Shown here piece after piece: positions 62,701 through 64,000 of a stretch of 64,000 nucleotides of DNA (its first letter is position 1; each line of letters opens with the position of its first letter). The position numbers and the translations under genes were made by a program. The stretch is from Phoronis australis (Eukaryota; Animalia; Phoronida), in contig NMRA01000096.1 of the NCBI GenBank assembly GCA_002633005.1, positions 372,001 to 436,000 on the forward strand, in the 5' to 3' direction. The notes beneath the pieces were generated by a model, which ran no database searches, was not told the DNA's origin, and was given only the letters and a program-made list of their open reading frames with translations.

Positions 62701-63752
62701 ACTTATTAATCAGCATGAGATGCTAGATACTAAGACATTCTTCAGTAAAACTGAGTCATGAAGAACATTAGACGAGCAATGACGCTTACCTCTTTCTGCA
62801 TCATCTTGAATAATTCTAACGTATAATCTGAAATACAAAGTGGATACATGCACATAACGTTTGTATATTACATTCCGTCGTAACTAAGGTTGGTAGAAAC
62901 TGGTGAAAATGAAATTAATCAAGAGGCTGAACACAAAACAAACAGTGGTCGGATCAAACGGACGAACACCTACAGCCAAGTTTCTAAGTCACATTTTTCA
63001 CCAGTGAGTGAAAATTGCCCCCTCCACCTCCACCCCCTCCACCCAGTCACCAATTGCACTCCTTCCCACTTTGGTCACAACAAATTGCAAGAAGCCAAAC
63101 TGGTTTCATACCCTTGCTCTTATGAACTGCTCTAAATAAGATTCCCTTCCCCATTCAACGTGGTTTCACTTGGACAACACTTTGTAGGGGTATTAGGAAG
63201 TGAACCCCATAAATGATTTCCTTTGCTGTATACAAATATGTAATCACCCCTGCAGTTTCAATGAACTGACCCATACCAAGGCTGAAAAGCATGACTGTGA
63301 AGGGTGAAGTACAGAGTCACTTTGCATTTAATAACACAATCATTAAACTGATTTCAATTTCGAGGGGATTTTTTGAACATTCGAAGATTATTTTTGGAGG
63401 AATTTCACATGCAAAAATGTTTCAGATGGGAATTAGGCTAATACTGGACTACAAAATCAATACAATGAGCCTGTGAGCAGTGTTCACAAAACCAGGGTTT
63501 CATTGCGAAATCTTTAAAACAAAGACCGACTACACTGACAATGGATTGACTTCGTAAGTAGCACAGGAAATATTCAGCAGCATTTAGCCAACACAAAGAA
63601 AATTGAATTTACCATTTTATCAACACCTTGATTTTCATAACATTACCTATTTTTCCCATCTCCAGTGCTAAATATGTTGTCCCTACAATATTATCGCTGT
63701 TGTAGTTTTTGGCCCGTAAGTCATTCACCAGTTCAGCAACTTTCTCTACTGG
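22481..63752 (-). CDS. LRPPRC: Leucine-rich PPR motif-containing protein, mitochondrial (LRPPRC/BSF-like); 5'-partial, 27 exons in the window, about 960 aa
   Basis: Exons in transcript order, all GT-AG and phase-compatible: 63647-63752, 62790-62827, 61818-61887, 60665-60801, 60159-60243, 59006-59100, 57793-57927, 56169-56312, 55485-55598, 54062-54204, 53095-53180, 51563-51688, 50454-50562, 48828-48952, 47165-47271, 37275-37343, 36618-36708, 34951-35096, 34589-34695, 31122-31204, 30494-30620, 28620-28738, 27145-27260, 26558-26626, 25247-25337, 24664-24806, 22481-22582 (TAA at 22481-22483). Segments I recognise as LRPPRC: EGVPTRSHFFWPL, EKEDPDNLQKAMDLATKHHGEMNVL, ARKILQTPGLRA, LETLVTETKHLFAIDRDEM, EEEDIQPNGRTLRFLANVLKRLDQPVPFTVP. 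Confidence 0.93.
22744..23315. mobile_element. PIF/Harbinger-like MITE (family A), complete, 572 bp
   Basis: TIRs of about 40 bp (GGGCTGTTCCAGCAAAATCTGTGTGGGAGGGGGGGAAGGCA / TGCCTTCCCCCCGTCCCATACAGATTTTACTGGAACAGCCC) with a TTA target-site duplication at 22741-22743 and 23316-23318. Confidence 0.85.
23560..23670 (+). mobile_element. LINE/SINE 3' tail fragment (L2/CR1-type stem-loop plus TAAA-rich tail)
   Basis: GAGGGCCTCCATGGAAAGCAGTGTGAACTGATGGGGCCACCTTC..AATAAATAATAACTAAATAAATAAA. A reverse-complement copy lies at about 61035-61100. Confidence 0.5.
24980..25285. repeat. Degenerate 51-bp tandem array overlapping an LRPPRC splice donor
   Basis: CACTATTGGACAA recurs with a period of about 51 bp. 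ACTTAC (minus-strand GTAAGT) ends at 25042, 25093 and 25246. Confidence 0.7.
25730..26075 (-). repeat. Dispersed repeat, inverted copy of 1438-1790
   Basis: TGGTGCTGGGGAGTAACACTGCATGGTGCGGGTTATGTGAGCCCCCATG and flanking sequence. Confidence 0.75.
27965..28120 (+). mobile_element. tRNA-derived SINE relic
   Basis: Pol III B-box GGTTCGAGTCC at 28009-28019, followed by TGCTAGACCCTGGAGTCGGGTTTATAG, which is shared with a second degenerate copy at about 12265-12380. Confidence 0.55.
28799..29203. mobile_element. Kolobok-like non-autonomous DNA transposon with TTAA target-site duplication
   Basis: Imperfect TIRs of about 80 bp (GGGGAAAGCAACCGTTTTTG..CAGATCTTTGGTTATCTTGGAA / TTCTAAGATAACCAAGGATCTG..CAGTTGCTTTCCTCT), flanked by TTAA at 28795-28798 and 29204-29207, with RR...YY termini. 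Confidence 0.7.
31281..31451 (+). repeat. Dispersed repeat carrying CCAAT and a GC box; second copy at 51343-51513
   Basis: ATTGACCTAT..GATGGCTTAACTGACCAATCAGAACGCAGCATTCTTGACACACCTTC..GGGGCGGAGCTTG is present in both copies. Confidence 0.75.
31724..32625. mobile_element. Harbinger-like non-autonomous element with a terminal mini-hairpin
   Basis: Left end CCGGTTTCATGAAACAGTCCCTA and right end TAGGGACTGTTTCATGCAACTGGGC. A further inverted copy of the end at 31789-31809 forms a hairpin with 31729-31749. Confidence 0.55.
36072..36341. mobile_element. Short MITE with TIRs related to those of the element at 31724-32625
   Basis: GCCCAGTTGCATGAAACAGT ... ACTGTTTCATGCAAACGACC. Confidence 0.5.
37408..37648 (+). 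promoter_or_regulatory. Candidate regulatory cluster of the nested gene: CCAAT, full CRE, ETS-like core and NF-kB site
   Basis: CCAAT at 37408-37412, palindromic TGACGTCA at 37418-37425, CACTTCC at 37430-37436, and GGGATTTCCC (fits GGGRNWYYCC) at 37639-37648 in intron 1. Confidence 0.45.
37447..43765 (+). CDS. Putative nested antisense gene encoding a RHIM-like motif / coiled-coil / Cys-cluster protein, 5 exons, about 235 aa
   Basis: Exons 37447-37504 (donor gtaagt), 38230-38379 (tttacag / gtaagg), 39934-39977 (ttttcag / gtagga), 40644-40907 (cttttag / gtaagg) and 43574-43765 (cgttgtag / TAA). Intron phases 1,1,0,0 join them into one 708-nt ORF with no internal stop: MKDVSIEDTEVKTLTDCTETQEGAEQMAGPGIGDNNIQHLQANAVQIGGANQNMIFPAAQNVTVNQEPSGSSVKDLLARMLLIEKKQQQQDREVETLRQDNEDLSKKMDQLEREKAELSHELVKIKKERSQEMVQITKERTELTRKIATQARQLEEDSAQHEHLDQRINELENQKKCLEEKLFEQGRHLKKLHTKMKRKNACFSCLHTTSQACTYCIKAGRCANARPLNSNYMNM. 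The 5' end is uncertain: translation could start at Met 38250, or exon 1 could be internal using the AG at 37443-37444. Confidence 0.75.
41030..43020 (-). mobile_element. 5'-truncated, frameshifted non-LTR retrotransposon (LINE) with RT domain and C-terminal CCHC knuckle; clade not determined (RTE-X-like or CR1/L2-group-like)
   Basis: Collinear ORF fragments 42771-43007, 42459-42737, 42214-42453, 41945-42226, 41729-41938 and 41300-41593 carry RT motifs YRGTSLLSNVYKLY..QNGF, FIDMQKAFDWVDR, GVKQGDVLS, LFYVDD and YKYLG, then RICCLCHTGRVETEVHFLFECP. A minus-strand AATAAA lies near 41036-41041. Confidence 0.9.
44678..44738. repeat. (CACG)n/(CA)n microsatellite
   Basis: Read directly from the sequence. 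Confidence 0.9.
45586..45833. mobile_element. Harbinger-like MITE with CTG target-site duplication
   Basis: TIRs GGGCCTGTTCCAAGAAA / TTTGTTGGAACGGGCCC, with CTG directly repeated at 45583-45585 and 45834-45836. Confidence 0.75.
47368..47774. mobile_element. Harbinger-like MITE (family B) with an internal 66-bp tandem repeat
   Basis: Imperfect TIRs of about 57 bp (GAGCCTGTTTCATGAAAGTGTCTTAAGAC..TTACGCTCC / GGAGCGTAAGACC..TTCGTGAAACAAACCCC). A 66-bp unit occurs about 2.7 times at 47444-47622. Confidence 0.75.
51343..51513 (+). repeat. Second copy of the CCAAT/GC-box dispersed repeat
   Basis: Aligns by eye to 31281-31451. Confidence 0.75.
56700..56990. repeat. (TG)n microsatellite spanning an assembly gap (N at 56751-56976)
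   Basis: TG repeats on both sides of the N run. The other gaps are at 3375-3493, 17382-17548 and 46471-46475. Confidence 0.85.
57245..57712. mobile_element. Tc1/mariner (pogo/Tigger-like) MITE with TA target-site duplication
   Basis: TA|CCATGATTTTCCCTAGATAAGCCCA ... TGGGCTTTTCTATGGAGAATCCTGG|TA, with repeated subterminal GGGCGTTTATTC-like motifs. Confidence 0.7.
60361..60483. repeat. 32-bp minisatellite, about 4 degenerate copies
   Basis: TTTAGGTATGGATCCAGAGA..GGTCC-type unit. Confidence 0.75.
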
Positions 63753-64000
63753 CTGCAATAAAAAGAATAGAATGGTGCAGATACTCGCAAAATGGCATAA
63801 ACACACTTCATTGTAAATAAAAAATCCTGAACCATTGATCCTTTACGGATAACATGAGGATTATGGGATAATGGTAGCACAGATGGCAGATGTAGATATA
63901 CAATCTGCTGAGATCACTTGATTTTAGTTGTATTTCAAACACCCAGGTGTTCAGTTCGTCATAGAGATACAAATTAGCGGGTATCACTTATCCAAAATAA

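Noticed and set aside
2602-63752. Idea that SPPL2, LRPPRC and the nested RHIM gene form a functional immune gene cluster
   Set aside because: Adjacency in an animal genome is weak evidence of shared function, and nothing in the sequence links them beyond position.

Overview
AT-rich, intron-rich animal genomic DNA with four N-gaps; the gene structure and repeats suggest a marine invertebrate, possibly a deuterostome (inference only). Most entries in the ORF track are noise, so genes were rebuilt by hand from GT-AG splice sites and reading-frame continuity. Three conserved genes were found: (1) a complete SPPL2-type intramembrane aspartyl protease on the minus strand (15 coding exons, 2602-16261, about 568 aa); (2) LSM7 on the plus strand (about 17335-20050), head-to-head with SPPL2 as human SPPL2B/LSM7 are; (3) the 3' part of LRPPRC on the minus strand (27 exons, 22481-63752, about 960 aa, 5' end outside the window). 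The main surprise is a candidate fourth gene lying antisense inside the 9.8-kb LRPPRC intron (37344-47164). Five phase-compatible exons (37447-43765) encode a protein of about 235 aa with an N-terminal RHIM-like amyloid motif (AVQIGGANQNM), a long coiled coil and a C-terminal CxxC-x7-CxxC-x5-C cluster. CCAAT, CRE and ETS motifs lie next to its first exon and a perfect NF-kB site lies in its first intron. A decayed LINE sits in its fourth intron. The introns also contain Harbinger-, Kolobok- and pogo-like MITEs (some nested), SINE relics and tandem repeats.
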